64,000 bases of DNA, taken from contig CAIQTY010000037.1 in NCBI GenBank assembly GCA_903874955.1, positions 5,397 through 69,396 of the forward strand, in the 5' to 3' direction. Below, piece after piece: positions 45,865-55,962 of the stretch (the first letter of the stretch is position 1; each line of letters opens with the position of its first letter). Position numbers and translations under genes: made by a program. Under the pieces are notes generated by a model. That model saw only the letters and a list, made by a program, of their open reading frames with translations. It was not told the DNA's origin and ran no database searches. The DNA comes from an uncultured Alphaproteobacteria bacterium. Lineage in GTDB: Bacteria; Pseudomonadota; Alphaproteobacteria; Paracaedibacterales; CAITNM01.

Positions 45865-46602
45865 ATGAAGTTTAATGAAAGATCCTGTCCTCTTATTGAG
45901 CTTAATGATGTTAGTTTTTCATACAAGGGATATAGCAGAGATATTCTTAAGAGTATAAATATTGAGTTTCAATCCCATGAATTTTATTTTTTAACTGGTA
46001 ATAGTGGAGTTGGTAAAACTTCTTTTTTGAAATTGCTTTGTGCCGCATATCTTCCAACATCAGGCCATATAACAATTCTTGGAGTCAACACAAGAGATTT
46101 AAACATAAATAGTCTTCCTTCTTTTAGGCAAAAAATAGGGATTGTTCAGCAGGATTGTGAACTTTTTGAACATCTTAATATTCTGGAAAATGTTGCCTTG
46201 GCTTTGAAATTGCAGAGTGATAACCCAAGAAGAGCAAATAATTATGCAGAAGAGCTACTCGCTTGGGTTGATCTTGGTGATTACCTGAAAAGATATCCGA
46301 AAGAATTGTCACAAGGTCAAAAACAAAGAGTTGCTGTTGCCCGAGCCGTAATCCGCAAACCAAAACTTATATTAGCCGATGAACCGACGGGAAACGTAGA
46401 TCAAGCCCAATCAAAAAGATTGATGGGTTTATTCGCTGAATTAGTCAAAATGGGTACAACGGTTATTGTGGCGACACATAATCGCCAATTAGTTGTATCA
46501 AAAGGTTATCGCGAGCTTAGACTGAGTGATGGTGAGATAAAAAAGGCTGATCCTTTGAGAGGGACATCCAGTTTGACTGCTAAGTTAATGAGGCTAGCCT
46601 AA
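45865..46602 (+). CDS. ftsE: cell-division ABC ATPase FtsE
   Basis: GNSGVGKTS Walker [15 protein letters not shown] and [11 protein letters not shown]. It is followed by the ftsX-like permease with a 1-nt overlap. Confidence 0.85.
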   Translation: MKFNERSCPLIELNDVSFSYKGYSRDILKSINIEFQSHEFYFLTGNSGVGKTSFLKLLCAAYLPTSGHITILGVNTRDLNINSLPSFRQKIGIVQQDCELFEHLNILENVALALKLQSDNPRRANNYAEELLAWVDLGDYLKRYPKELSQGQKQRVAVARAVIRKPKLILADEPTGNVDQAQSKRLMGLFAELVKMGTTVIVATHNRQLVVSKGYRELRLSDGEIKKADPLRGTSSLTAKLMRLA

Positions 46603-47486
46603 TGTCATCGATTCCAAGTGACTTACCACTTTTGTACGATAAAAATCGTCGCACTTTTATACTTATACTATCATTCATTATTGGCATATTATATCTTGTC
46701 CTGATCACTTCGAATGGCCTAAAAAGCTTCACAAATGCTTGGAGGCATAACCCAGAGCAAGAACATTATGTGCTTATACCCTATGCAGGTAACAGCGCAG
46801 AGCTAAAAGCTGACACAGACAAAATAGAGAGATTTTTAAAAAAGTCTAATTTAATAAAAGGCTTTAGAAAAATAGATGAGCATTCATTTCAAAGGTTATT
46901 TAATCCAAATCCCACAGCGAACAAGGCTTGGATTGAAACGATTCCTTTTCCTATTTTTATTGAATTAAATTTAAGGTCATCTGATGCAAATTCAGCTCAA
47001 GTTATTGAAAAACAAATTAAGAAAATAGTTAGCAATGCTCAAGTTTATACTCAGCCAAGATATTCTAGTGAATTTGCCGCTTCTTTTGGTGTTTTGAATT
47101 TTATTCTTGATTGGCTTATTGGCAGTTTAGTTATCGCGTTTTTAGCTGTGTTGGTGCTCATGACGCGTGCGCATTTTTCGCAGCAAGAAAAAAACATAGA
47201 GCGTCTCTCAATGCTTGGGGCTACACCGTCGTATATCAAAAAATTATATTGTTGGTTTATGGCACGATGTATTGCTTTGAGTTCCTTGTATGGATTTTTG
47301 GGCGGTGGCATTGCTTGTTGGATAGTTCATATTTTAACAGAGCATATGTCATTCTTCCCCTATGGTTTTGAACTTCCGTCTTTAATTTTTTATATAGTTT
47401 TGCCACATTCTTGTCTTTTGGTTGGCGTAATCATTACTTATTTTCTCATAACTAATCTGTTGAAAAAATCTTGGTCATGCGCTTAA
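46602..47486 (+). CDS. ftsX: FtsX-like cell-division permease
   Basis: 294 aa with an N-terminal TM, a periplasmic loop domain and 3 C-terminal TMs. The call also rests on its position after ftsE. Confidence 0.7.
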   Translation: MSSIPSDLPLLYDKNRRTFILILSFIIGILYLVLITSNGLKSFTNAWRHNPEQEHYVLIPYAGNSAELKADTDKIERFLKKSNLIKGFRKIDEHSFQRLFNPNPTANKAWIETIPFPIFIELNLRSSDANSAQVIEKQIKKIVSNAQVYTQPRYSSEFAASFGVLNFILDWLIGSLVIAFLAVLVLMTRAHFSQQEKNIERLSMLGATPSYIKKLYCWFMARCIALSSLYGFLGGGIACWIVHILTEHMSFFPYGFELPSLIFYIVLPHSCLLVGVIITYFLITNLLKKSWSCA

Positions 47487-48043
47487 AACTATTCCTTTCG
47501 ATAGGGATATCTTTTGTGTGGTTTTACAGCCTTTTTAATTTTTATAAAAGTGCCGCAGATTTTTCTAATCAAACAAATCAGGTTGAAGGTATTGTTATTT
47601 TGACAGGTGGGAAAGACAGAATTCAAACAGGAATGGCTCTTTTTAAGGAATTAAATGCTAAACGTATATTGATTTCAGGTGTTGATAGAACTGTTAAATT
47701 ATCTGTTATTAAAGACAAACAACTTAAAGGCTACGATGATATCTATCCATTTACAGATCTTGGGTATGGAGCGGTTAATACTTTTTCTAACGCATTAGAA
47801 GCAGCTTTTTGGGTTCAAAAACATCAGTTTTTGAAAGTGGGGTTGGTTACAAGTCGCTTCCACATGCCAAGAAGCTTGTGGCTTTTTAAAAGGGCTATGC
47901 CAGATATTGCCATTTTTCCAATAGTTGTTGACGGTAAAGACTTTAGTTTCTTCAATTTTTTACGTGAGTACAGCAAATATTATTTAACAAAAATAGTAAG
48001 TGCTTTTCTTTTTGATGGCTATAATGAACTCGTAATTCTTTAA
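47477..48043 (+). CDS. DUF218 / YdcF (SanA-like) family protein
   Basis: N-terminal TM followed by GIVILTGGKDRIQTGMALFKE..AKRILISG and TSRFHMPRS. Confidence 0.7.
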   Translation: MRLKLFLSIGISFVWFYSLFNFYKSAADFSNQTNQVEGIVILTGGKDRIQTGMALFKELNAKRILISGVDRTVKLSVIKDKQLKGYDDIYPFTDLGYGAVNTFSNALEAAFWVQKHQFLKVGLVTSRFHMPRSLWLFKRAMPDIAIFPIVVDGKDFSFFNFLREYSKYYLTKIVSAFLFDGYNELVIL

Positions 48044-48200
48044 AAAGATCATCTTTTTGTAATGTAACAATGAAATCAAATATTTTTGTTTTTTGTTGGT
48101 TTGAAAATAAAATTATTTAATTTTTATTAAATTTATATATGTACATGCCTATATTGTATTGTTAAGCTTTATGTAGAAATGGAAATGTACCTATGCGCAA

Positions 48201-50231
48201 ATGAGATATTCAATCTATACTATTTCTAGCTTTCTGTTATTAAGTTCTTGTGGACCTATTACAGAAAATTCAAAAAGTTCAGAATCTTCAGATAGTTTAA
48301 ATCAGCTTGATAGGGCTGATCAGCAGGACTCTATTTTACCAACTAGTCAGCAAGATTCATTAGGAAGTTCAAGGGAAGAAATTTCCGAAATTTTAGAAAA
48401 TAATAAACTGATACCAGAGGTTAAAAATGGAATTCTTGCAATGCAAAGAGGTGATTATGAGAGTGCCTCAAAATCTTTTAATAGTGCATTGCTCGATAAT
48501 CCCGGAGATTCTTATTTACATTTCTTAAATGGTTTGAATTATTTGCACAAAGCTGCAGCCGGAGATGCAGCCTCTAGAGATTTGGCGCTTACTGGATTTA
48601 GATACGCGATAGTGTATGACCAATCAAACGTACTTGCCCATAAGCGTTTGGGATATATGTATTATCAAACAAAAGAGTATGCTAGGGCTCAGCAGCATTT
48701 TGCTGAAGTTTTACTGCTGCAAGAGCCAAATGTTAAAGCATTATATGCATTAGCTGCAGCTTCTTATTATAATCGAGATCTCAAAACAGCTTATGCTTCT
48801 ATAAATAAGGCAGCAAGCATGGCACCAGATAATATTTTTGTGCTAAAAGCAGCAGCGATGATTGCTGCTGCGCTGAATCAACCCTTAGATGTACAAAATT
48901 TCCGCAAGAAATATATGGATGTATCTAAGAAATCCGATGGGCACCTTGATAGACGCTTACATCAATGGATGAGTGTGCATAACAATCCAAACTTAATTCT
49001 AACTTCAGCAGATGCAGGAGATGATTCTGGAGGTGATGGTGCGGGAGATGATGATGCAGGTGCAGACGCGGACGCAGACGCAGACGCGGGTGGTGGTAAT
49101 GATGCAGGAGGCAACGCTAAACCTGGTGGAGCACCAGATTTACCAGGCGATGACGCTCTTCCCCCATCAGACGGAACAGTTGCTGCCACTCCAATGGCTA
49201 AAAAATTAGGCGATTTTGATCCAAAAAATCCAGATACCTTCGTCATAGATTGTGCAATTATGAGGGTAAGCGAAGAGGGAAAAACCTCTAAGGGTAGTAA
49301 TATTCTTGATACCATAAATGTTGTGCTTAATCCTGGTACCTATACTGGCAACAGAACTTGGACAAATAATACAGGTAATGGTAACACAAAAGCAATGAAC
49401 TTCACTCAAAGTTTTGGGCTTAGTCAACCGGCTACTGCTACCTATTCTCTGAATATCTTTAACGTTACCGATACGCGCATAGAAGTTGTCGCTCGTCCCA
49501 CCGTTATGGCCGCTTTAGGCAAAGTTTCTGAATTCTTTGCGGGAACAGACTTAATAGCAAACGTTTCATCAGCTGCTGCTGGTAATAGCATTGAGAAATT
49601 GCCGATAGGCTATCGTGTTACCGTTACGCCAATTGGTTCTCGTAAAAACAAGGACGGTGTTTTGAAAATTCAGTTCGACGTTCGTGTTGAGGGTAACTCT
49701 GTAGGCGTGCTGTATGGCTATACAGGTTCTAATTCAACTGCCACCTCAAATTATAGCCAAATTAACCACAGTTCAGTTTGTACAACGGTCGAATTATCCT
49801 TTGGTGAAACAGTTATTTTGGCTGGTCTGTACGATCGAGAAGATAATATGACCAAATCAAAAACGCCCGGTCTTGGTGATATTCCTGGTCTTGGTTTGTT
49901 ATTTTCATCGGAAACAACAGATAGTTCAAGAAAATCTGTCGTTTACATGATGACATTGCGTCCAACGGAAAAAATGCAAGAAGATGCGAATATGTTTAAC
50001 GATGGTCGAAGAATAAGCCCAGAAGTTCTTGAGCTTCAAATGAAAAATATTAGTTGGTTCAATACAGTTCCTGTATCTGCAATTTTGATGAAAGGTTTAT
50101 CAAGAATATACCGAGAATTCAGAACAGGTGATATTCCCAATATTTACTGGGATCATCAAGATATGGGAGAAAAAAAACTTGGGGAGATGAATAACGAAAT
50201 TGGAGAAGCCGTCAGAATGATGGATTCATAA
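48201..50231 (+). CDS. lipoprotein fusing TPR repeats to a secretin (GspD/PilQ/RcpA-type) C-domain
   Basis: Lipobox LLSSC (Cys17). TPR-like helices span ~75-235. A D/G/A low-complexity linker spans 270-325. The secretin core spans ~347-588 and ends GETVILAGLYDRED...KTPGLGDIPGLGLLFSSETTDSSRKSVVYMMTLRP. Confidence 0.75.
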   Translation: MRYSIYTISSFLLLSSCGPITENSKSSESSDSLNQLDRADQQDSILPTSQQDSLGSSREEISEILENNKLIPEVKNGILAMQRGDYESASKSFNSALLDNPGDSYLHFLNGLNYLHKAAAGDAASRDLALTGFRYAIVYDQSNVLAHKRLGYMYYQTKEYARAQQHFAEVLLLQEPNVKALYALAAASYYNRDLKTAYASINKAASMAPDNIFVLKAAAMIAAALNQPLDVQNFRKKYMDVSKKSDGHLDRRLHQWMSVHNNPNLILTSADAGDDSGGDGAGDDDAGADADADADAGGGNDAGGNAKPGGAPDLPGDDALPPSDGTVAATPMAKKLGDFDPKNPDTFVIDCAIMRVSEEGKTSKGSNILDTINVVLNPGTYTGNRTWTNNTGNGNTKAMNFTQSFGLSQPATATYSLNIFNVTDTRIEVVARPTVMAALGKVSEFFAGTDLIANVSSAAAGNSIEKLPIGYRVTVTPIGSRKNKDGVLKIQFDVRVEGNSVGVLYGYTGSNSTATSNYSQINHSSVCTTVELSFGETVILAGLYDREDNMTKSKTPGLGDIPGLGLLFSSETTDSSRKSVVYMMTLRPTEKMQEDANMFNDGRRISPEVLELQMKNISWFNTVPVSAILMKGLSRIYREFRTGDIPNIYWDHQDMGEKKLGEMNNEIGEAVRMMDS

Positions 50232-50262
50232 GCTTTTGTAATTTGCCATTTCCTGCTACAAA

Positions 50263-50288
50263 AGAGCTAGTTATCTAGCTCTTTTTTT
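50263..50288 (+). terminator. canonical intrinsic terminator after the secretin gene, ending 2 nt before the thrS ATG
   Basis: AGAGCTAG-ttat-CTAGCTCT is a perfect 8-bp stem followed by a T-run. Confidence 0.7.
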
Positions 50289-50290
50289 AT

Positions 50291-52204
50291 ATGGTTGCCC
50301 TTCGTTTAAAAGATGGTTCTGAAAGAATATTTGAAAATTTGCCAACAGGTGAAGAGGTTGCTTTTGCTATATCTCCGCGCTTAGCTCGGGAGGCAGTAGC
50401 AATCCGCGTGAATGGAGATTTAAAAGATTTAAATCTACCCGTTCCTGATGCAGCGCAGATAGATATTATCACCAAAAATACCGATGAGGGGCTTGAAGTA
50501 ATCCGACACGATGCTGCTCACGTGTTCGCCCAAGCTGTGAAAGAATTGTATCCTGATACGCAAATTACCATAGGGCCTGCTATCGAAAATGGCTTTTACT
50601 ATGATATTTATCCAAAATTTCCTCTTTCTTTGGATGATTTGCCAACGATTGAGCAACGCATGCACGATATTGTTGATCGTGATATTGCAATTACCCGTGA
50701 AGAGTGGAATCGGGATGATGCTATTCCTTTTTTCAATAATATGGGTGAAAAATTCAAAGCTGAAATCATTGAAGGAATTCCACAGGGCCAGGTGATCAGC
50801 TTGTACCGCCAGGGGGAATTTATTGACCTTTGTCGTGGGCCCCATCTGCCAACAACTAAAAGGGTAGGTCATGCCTTCAAACTAATGAAACTTGCAGGAG
50901 CCTATTGGCGTGGGGACCATCGTAATGTGATGCTGCAGCGAATTTATGGTACCGCCTGGGCAACTGAGAAGCAGCTTGAAGAATATCTGCATATGCTTGA
51001 AGAAGCTGAAAAGCGCGACCACCGTAAACTGGGTGCGGAGCTTGGGCTATTTCATATGCAAGAAGAGGCACCAGGTTCAGTATTTTGGCACCCCAAGGGC
51101 TGGACAGTTTATAGAGCTCTTGAAAATTTTGTGCGTAGACGAATGGAAAAAGCTGGGTATGTCGAAGTAAAGACCCCTCAGTTGGTTGACTTATCCTTAT
51201 GGGAAGCTTCAGGCCACTGGGAAAAATTCGGTGAGAATATGTTCACTGTGGAAAATGATGAAGACAAAGTTTTAGCGATTAAGCCGATGAACTGTCCGTG
51301 CCATGTACAAATTTTTAAACAGGGCCTTAAAAGTTATCGCGATTTACCGCTGCGTATGGGGGAATTCGGATCGTGTCATCGCAATGAACCAAGTGGATCC
51401 TTACATGGTATTATGCGAGTGCGTAGCTTTGTACAAGACGATGCCCATATTTTTTGTACTCCCGATCAGATTATTTCTGAAACAAAAAGTTTCTGTGACT
51501 TGTTAAAGGGCATTTATCAAGACCTTGGTTTTAATGAATTTAAAGTGAAGTTCTCTGACCGTCCTGAAAAGCGTGCGGGAAGCGATGAACTCTGGGATAA
51601 AGCCGAACATGCTTTGAAAGAGGCAACCACAGCAGCCGGTATTGAATTTAGTCTAAATCCTGGGGAAGGTGCTTTTTACGGGCCTAAACTAGAATTTGTC
51701 TTGAAAGATTGTATTGGTCGTGAATGGCAATGTGGAACTTTACAGGTTGATTACTGCCTGCCAGAACGGCTTGATGCTACTTATGTTGGTGAGGACGGCC
51801 AAAAACACCGCCCTGTGATGCTTCACCGCGCTATTTTGGGTTCTTTAGAGCGCTTTATCGGGGTGCTTATTGAACACTATGCGGGTAAATTCCCCTTGTG
51901 GTTAGCGCCGGTGCAAGTGGTGGTTGCAAGTGTTACAACCCAGGCAAATGACTATGCTAAGACCATTCAGCAGCAGCTGCTAGATAAAGGCATACGAGCT
52001 GAACTTGATATAAGGAACGAAAAAATTCCTTATAAGGTGCGTGAACATTCTCTGCAGAAAGTTCCCTACATTCTTGTAGTTGGAATGCGCGAGGCCGAAG
52101 AAAAAACCGTGGCGATTCGTACCCTAGGGGGAGAGCATCAAAAAGTTGTAGCGCTCGACCAGGCGGTACAGGATTTGCTGTATCAAGTTGCGAGAGTTGG
52201 TTAA
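50291..52204 (+). CDS. thrS: threonine--tRNA ligase
   Basis: 637 aa, colinear with E. coli ThrRS from the N-terminus ([12 protein letters not shown].. vs MPVITLPDGSQR..). It has the TGS, editing, class II core ([10 protein letters not shown]-like [14 protein letters not shown]) and anticodon-binding domains. Confidence 0.95.
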   Translation: MVALRLKDGSERIFENLPTGEEVAFAISPRLAREAVAIRVNGDLKDLNLPVPDAAQIDIITKNTDEGLEVIRHDAAHVFAQAVKELYPDTQITIGPAIENGFYYDIYPKFPLSLDDLPTIEQRMHDIVDRDIAITREEWNRDDAIPFFNNMGEKFKAEIIEGIPQGQVISLYRQGEFIDLCRGPHLPTTKRVGHAFKLMKLAGAYWRGDHRNVMLQRIYGTAWATEKQLEEYLHMLEEAEKRDHRKLGAELGLFHMQEEAPGSVFWHPKGWTVYRALENFVRRRMEKAGYVEVKTPQLVDLSLWEASGHWEKFGENMFTVENDEDKVLAIKPMNCPCHVQIFKQGLKSYRDLPLRMGEFGSCHRNEPSGSLHGIMRVRSFVQDDAHIFCTPDQIISETKSFCDLLKGIYQDLGFNEFKVKFSDRPEKRAGSDELWDKAEHALKEATTAAGIEFSLNPGEGAFYGPKLEFVLKDCIGREWQCGTLQVDYCLPERLDATYVGEDGQKHRPVMLHRAILGSLERFIGVLIEHYAGKFPLWLAPVQVVVASVTTQANDYAKTIQQQLLDKGIRAELDIRNEKIPYKVREHSLQKVPYILVVGMREAEEKTVAIRTLGGEHQKVVALDQAVQDLLYQVARVG

Positions 52205-52206
52205 GA

Positions 52207-52248
52207 ACAACGCCTGAAGTTTTTTAGGCTTCAGGCGTTGTAGTTTTT
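52207..52248. terminator. bidirectional intrinsic terminator between thrS and the FabK-like gene
   Basis: ACAACGCCTGAAG-(9 nt)-CTTCAGGCGTTGT is a 13-bp perfect stem followed by AGTTTTT. Confidence 0.75.
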
Positions 52249-52307
52249 AAATTCATGAACTTACTGATGTGCAAATTTCATGAAGCTACAGAGTAACAGT
52301 ACTTTTA

Positions 52308-53333
52308 TCAAGCAGCTTTGAAGGGTTTTTCTTCCAAAAAAGCATTAGCCTGTTCAATAAGCTCATGCATGATCTCAGCTGTTGATTGAATGCAGGTTAC
52401 CATGCCAACACTTTGACCAGCCATTAGGGAACCGTTTTCGATATCTCCATCAACAGCTGCCCGGCGCAGCGCACCTGCCCAATAGTGCTCAATTTTTAGT
52501 TGCGCTTCTTTCAAATCGGTCGTGCCACTATCGTATTCCTTGATCACTTTTGCTTGAACTTCGAGGAATTCTTTCGTTGCTTTATTGGCAAGCGCACGTA
52601 CCGGTATTACTGGAAAGCGTTGGTCTAGCTGCAATGAAACGACAGCATCGCGAGCTTGAGCTTTGATAAAAGCTTGTTTGAAATTTTCATGGGCGGGAGA
52701 TTCCTCGGCACAAACAAAACGAGTCCCCAGTTGGCACCCACTTGCCCCCATTTTTAAATACGAAACAAAAGCTTCTCCTCTGCCAATACCGCCTGCAATA
52801 AACACAGGAACGTCGTATATTTGCGGTAAAATTTCTTGGGCTAAAACGCTTGTTGATACGGGGCCAATATGCCCCCCAGCTTCGCTTCCTTCAATGACCA
52901 AGGCATCAGCCCCCATTTTAATGAGTTTTTTTGCAATGATTAAAGCTGGTGCAAAACCAATAACTAAGCATCCATAATCTTTAAGACGAGAAAAACTTGC
53001 TGAATTCGGAAGTCCACCGGCGAGAACCACATGACGAATTTTATGTTCTCCGCAAACATCAATCATTTCTTCAAGTTTTGGATGCATTGTAATCAGGTTT
53101 ACGCCAAACGGTTTTGATGTCATCGCTTTAGTACGATCAATTTCTTGCGATAAAATGTCAGGTGACATAGCACCACTTGCTAAAACTCCAAATCCGCCAG
53201 CATTTGAAATTGCTGCTACTAAATTATGATTGGATACCCATGTCATTGCTCCGCCTAAAATAGCGTACCGCGTGCCAAGGAAATCGCACCCTCGTTTACA
53301 TAATTGTTCGAGAGACGAGCAGGGCGAAATCAT
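52308..53333 (-). CDS. FMN-dependent nitronate-monooxygenase-family oxidoreductase, FabK-like (enoyl-ACP reductase II candidate)
   Basis: Colinear by eye with S. pneumoniae FabK: ILGGAMTWVS..., KPFGVNL, EGSEAGGHIG, FIAGGIGRGE, QLGTRFV..EES.AH..FK and a C-terminal MAGQSVGMV. Confidence 0.7.
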   Translation of the reverse strand: MISPCSSLEQLCKRGCDFLGTRYAILGGAMTWVSNHNLVAAISNAGGFGVLASGAMSPDILSQEIDRTKAMTSKPFGVNLITMHPKLEEMIDVCGEHKIRHVVLAGGLPNSASFSRLKDYGCLVIGFAPALIIAKKLIKMGADALVIEGSEAGGHIGPVSTSVLAQEILPQIYDVPVFIAGGIGRGEAFVSYLKMGASGCQLGTRFVCAEESPAHENFKQAFIKAQARDAVVSLQLDQRFPVIPVRALANKATKEFLEVQAKVIKEYDSGTTDLKEAQLKIEHYWAGALRRAAVDGDIENGSLMAGQSVGMVTCIQSTAEIMHELIEQANAFLEEKPFKAA

Positions 53334-54577
53334 TATGCGGCTTCCTTTTCAATTTTGGGATATTGATCAAGCTTAAAAGCTTTGTGCAAAGCGGTTAAAG
53401 CTGGCTGTAGGCATAGCTGATTGATCACCAGAGACATTTTTATTTCAGAAGAGTAAATCATATAAATATTTATTCCTTCATCTGCTAGCGTTCGGCATAT
53501 CAGTGCTGGAATATCCATGTTGCTTCGAAGGCCAATACCAACAATTGTAACCTTTGCAACATTTTTATTAATTGAAAGCTCAGTAAAACCAAGATCATCT
53601 TTAAATTTCATCATGGTTTCGTTAAAACGTTCAATATCAGAGCGGCTGATCATACCATCCATATCACATGCCCCATCGAGGGTATGTGATTGGGTCATCA
53701 TATCGATTAGAATATTGGATTGTCCCATCGTTGTATAAAGTTTTGCAGCAATCCCTGGAACGTTCTTCAAACCTCTAACGGTAACCTTTGCTTCTTGTAA
53801 ACTGTGTACAATACTTGTGATGTTTCCTTTTTTAGCAGTTTGTTCATCGTCAACAATTACTGTACCTTTTGAAGAATCTGTCAAACTCGATAACACGCGT
53901 AATTTTATTCCATGTTTCATGGCCATTTCTACGGAACGTGCCTGCAAAACTTTAGCACCAGCTGCGGCCATTTCGAACATTTCATTATAGCTTAGTGTAT
54001 CTTGTCTGCGAGCCTCTGGGACAAGTCTTGGATCTGCAGTATACACCCCATCAACATCAGTATAGATATCGCAGCGATCGGCTTTTAAAGCAACAGCAAG
54101 AGCAACTGCTGTTGTATCTGAACCGCCACGCCCCAGAGTCGTTAAGATATAATTTTTATCCATTCCTTGAAAACCTGCAACAACGGGAATTTCCCCCTGG
54201 GAGATACTTTCATTAATTTTATCTGGGCTGATATGCAAAATTCGGGCATTTGTAGAGACGGAATCTGTATGGATAGGAATTTGCCACGCTAAGAAAGAAC
54301 GAGCCTTCATACCAGCCTTTTTAAGGGCTAATGCTAGCAATCCTGCAGTTACTTGTTCCCCAGCGCTTGCAACTACGTCATGTTCTTGAGTTGCTTCATG
54401 AGGGCAGAGAGCCTGCGAGTACCCAACTAACTGATCTGTAATACCAGCCATTGCTGATACAACAACAACAATTCTATTCCCGTTGAGGATTTCCTGGCGA
54501 ACAACCTGTGCTACATGTTCAAGCCGTGCTAGGTTTGAAACAGAGGTGCCGCCGAATTTTAAAACATAAAGTGCCAT
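53333..54577 (-). CDS. lysC: aspartate kinase
   Basis: KFGGTSV N-terminus, LGRGGSDTTA, and two C-terminal ACT domains. Confidence 0.9.
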   Translation of the reverse strand: MALYVLKFGGTSVSNLARLEHVAQVVRQEILNGNRIVVVVSAMAGITDQLVGYSQALCPHEATQEHDVVASAGEQVTAGLLALALKKAGMKARSFLAWQIPIHTDSVSTNARILHISPDKINESISQGEIPVVAGFQGMDKNYILTTLGRGGSDTTAVALAVALKADRCDIYTDVDGVYTADPRLVPEARRQDTLSYNEMFEMAAAGAKVLQARSVEMAMKHGIKLRVLSSLTDSSKGTVIVDDEQTAKKGNITSIVHSLQEAKVTVRGLKNVPGIAAKLYTTMGQSNILIDMMTQSHTLDGACDMDGMISRSDIERFNETMMKFKDDLGFTELSINKNVAKVTIVGIGLRSNMDIPALICRTLADEGINIYMIYSSEIKMSLVINQLCLQPALTALHKAFKLDQYPKIEKEAA

Positions 54578-54668
54578 GATTTAGAATATGGTAAGTTAAA
54601 TATTAAATAGCAAGATAAACAAACCTCATTAAAGCGAAAATCGTAAATTTTTAAAAGGAATTTTTTAA

Positions 54669-55382
54669 ATGCAAACGCAAAATACTTCTCAAGTTGAGCA
54701 TTTTGACGCTCTTTCATCGCAGTGGTGGGATCAGCAAGGAGCATTTGGTGTTCTTCATTCAATGAATCCTGCAAGAGTTCGATTCATTAAAGAAATAGCT
54801 GGGCAATCTTTTACATCAACTGGTTTAAGGGATCTACAAGTGCTTGATGTTGGTTGTGGAGGGGGCATTGTTTGTGAACCACTTGCAAGGCTCGGAGCTA
54901 ATGTTACAGGGATTGATGCAAGCCCTGAAGCGATTAACATAGCATCAAGCCATGCTCTTGGACAAAACTTAGACATCATTTATCAATGCTGTGATCTAAG
55001 TGCCCTTCAAAAGTCTTTCGACCTAATCACATGCTTAGAGGTTGTTGAACATGTAGATGATTTAAAAATCTTCGCACATGATTTGGTGAGAAAATTAAAT
55101 CCAGGTGGCATATTAATTTTATCAACTCTTAATAGAACCCTACTTTCCTACCTGGTTGGAATCATTGGAGCTGAATACCTAACTCGGAAAGTTCCATTAG
55201 GTACTCATGATTGGAAAAAATTTATTGAACCTGCAGAGCTGGTGGCTCTTTTTGAAAATTTTGGCATGCAGGTTATGTCTCTAAAAGGTCTTAATTATTC
55301 ACTTTATAAGCGAGAATGGTATCTGGGTGGTAGACTAAACATGAATTACCTAGCGGCATTCAAAACTATCTCAAGGGAGTAA
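54669..55382 (+). CDS. ubiG: ubiquinone biosynthesis O-methyltransferase
   Basis: FDALSSQWWDQQGAFGVLHSMNPARVRFI, motif I VLDVGCGGGI, and FDLITCLEVVEHV. Confidence 0.85.
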   Translation: MQTQNTSQVEHFDALSSQWWDQQGAFGVLHSMNPARVRFIKEIAGQSFTSTGLRDLQVLDVGCGGGIVCEPLARLGANVTGIDASPEAINIASSHALGQNLDIIYQCCDLSALQKSFDLITCLEVVEHVDDLKIFAHDLVRKLNPGGILILSTLNRTLLSYLVGIIGAEYLTRKVPLGTHDWKKFIEPAELVALFENFGMQVMSLKGLNYSLYKREWYLGGRLNMNYLAAFKTISRE

Positions 55383-55383
55383 A

Positions 55384-55869
55384 TTACTCAGTAACTATTG
55401 GCATTTGGTTTTTCGTTTCCTCTAAAAGCTCAGTGCATAGATTTAATAAATTTTCTATGCGTTTTTGTTTTTTTAAATTTTTTAACTGGTAGGGTTCTCT
55501 ATACAATTCAACAAGTTTTAAAATTAGTTTCAGTGGTGATGATTTGCTGATCGTCGTAAGCTGCTCTAAAATTTTCTGAGCACTAAGCAGAGAGTCAATT
55601 TTACCACCTAATACTTTTTGCTGCGCTAGAAATTCTGCTTGAACGGGAATTGTGTGGTCTAACAACCCTTTAATTGTTAATAGTTTGAAGCCTAAAAACT
55701 TTAATGACAGAATATTAGCTAGTTTTAGTAGCTCGGTTTCCCTATAGACTCTGAAACCATTTTCCTGGTTTTTTAAAGGGGATAGCAGTCCGATCTGATC
55801 ATAGTGATGCAAAGTTCTTACCGATACATTTGTAAGTTTGCTAAATTCACTAATTTTATATTTTTGCAT
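55384..55869 (-). CDS. MerR-family transcriptional regulator
   Basis: The N-terminal wHTH ISEFSKLTNVSVRTLHHYDQIGLL is a MerR signature. Confidence 0.8.
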   Translation of the reverse strand: MQKYKISEFSKLTNVSVRTLHHYDQIGLLSPLKNQENGFRVYRETELLKLANILSLKFLGFKLLTIKGLLDHTIPVQAEFLAQQKVLGGKIDSLLSAQKILEQLTTISKSSPLKLILKLVELYREPYQLKNLKKQKRIENLLNLCTELLEETKNQMPIVTE

Positions 55870-55962
55870 TTTGGCCCCAATTTAATAAACTAGCAGTTTA
55901 TTAAATCGGGTCCAAGGTTTTATTTAAATAAAATTAACTTATTTTGAATTTTGATCGCAATT

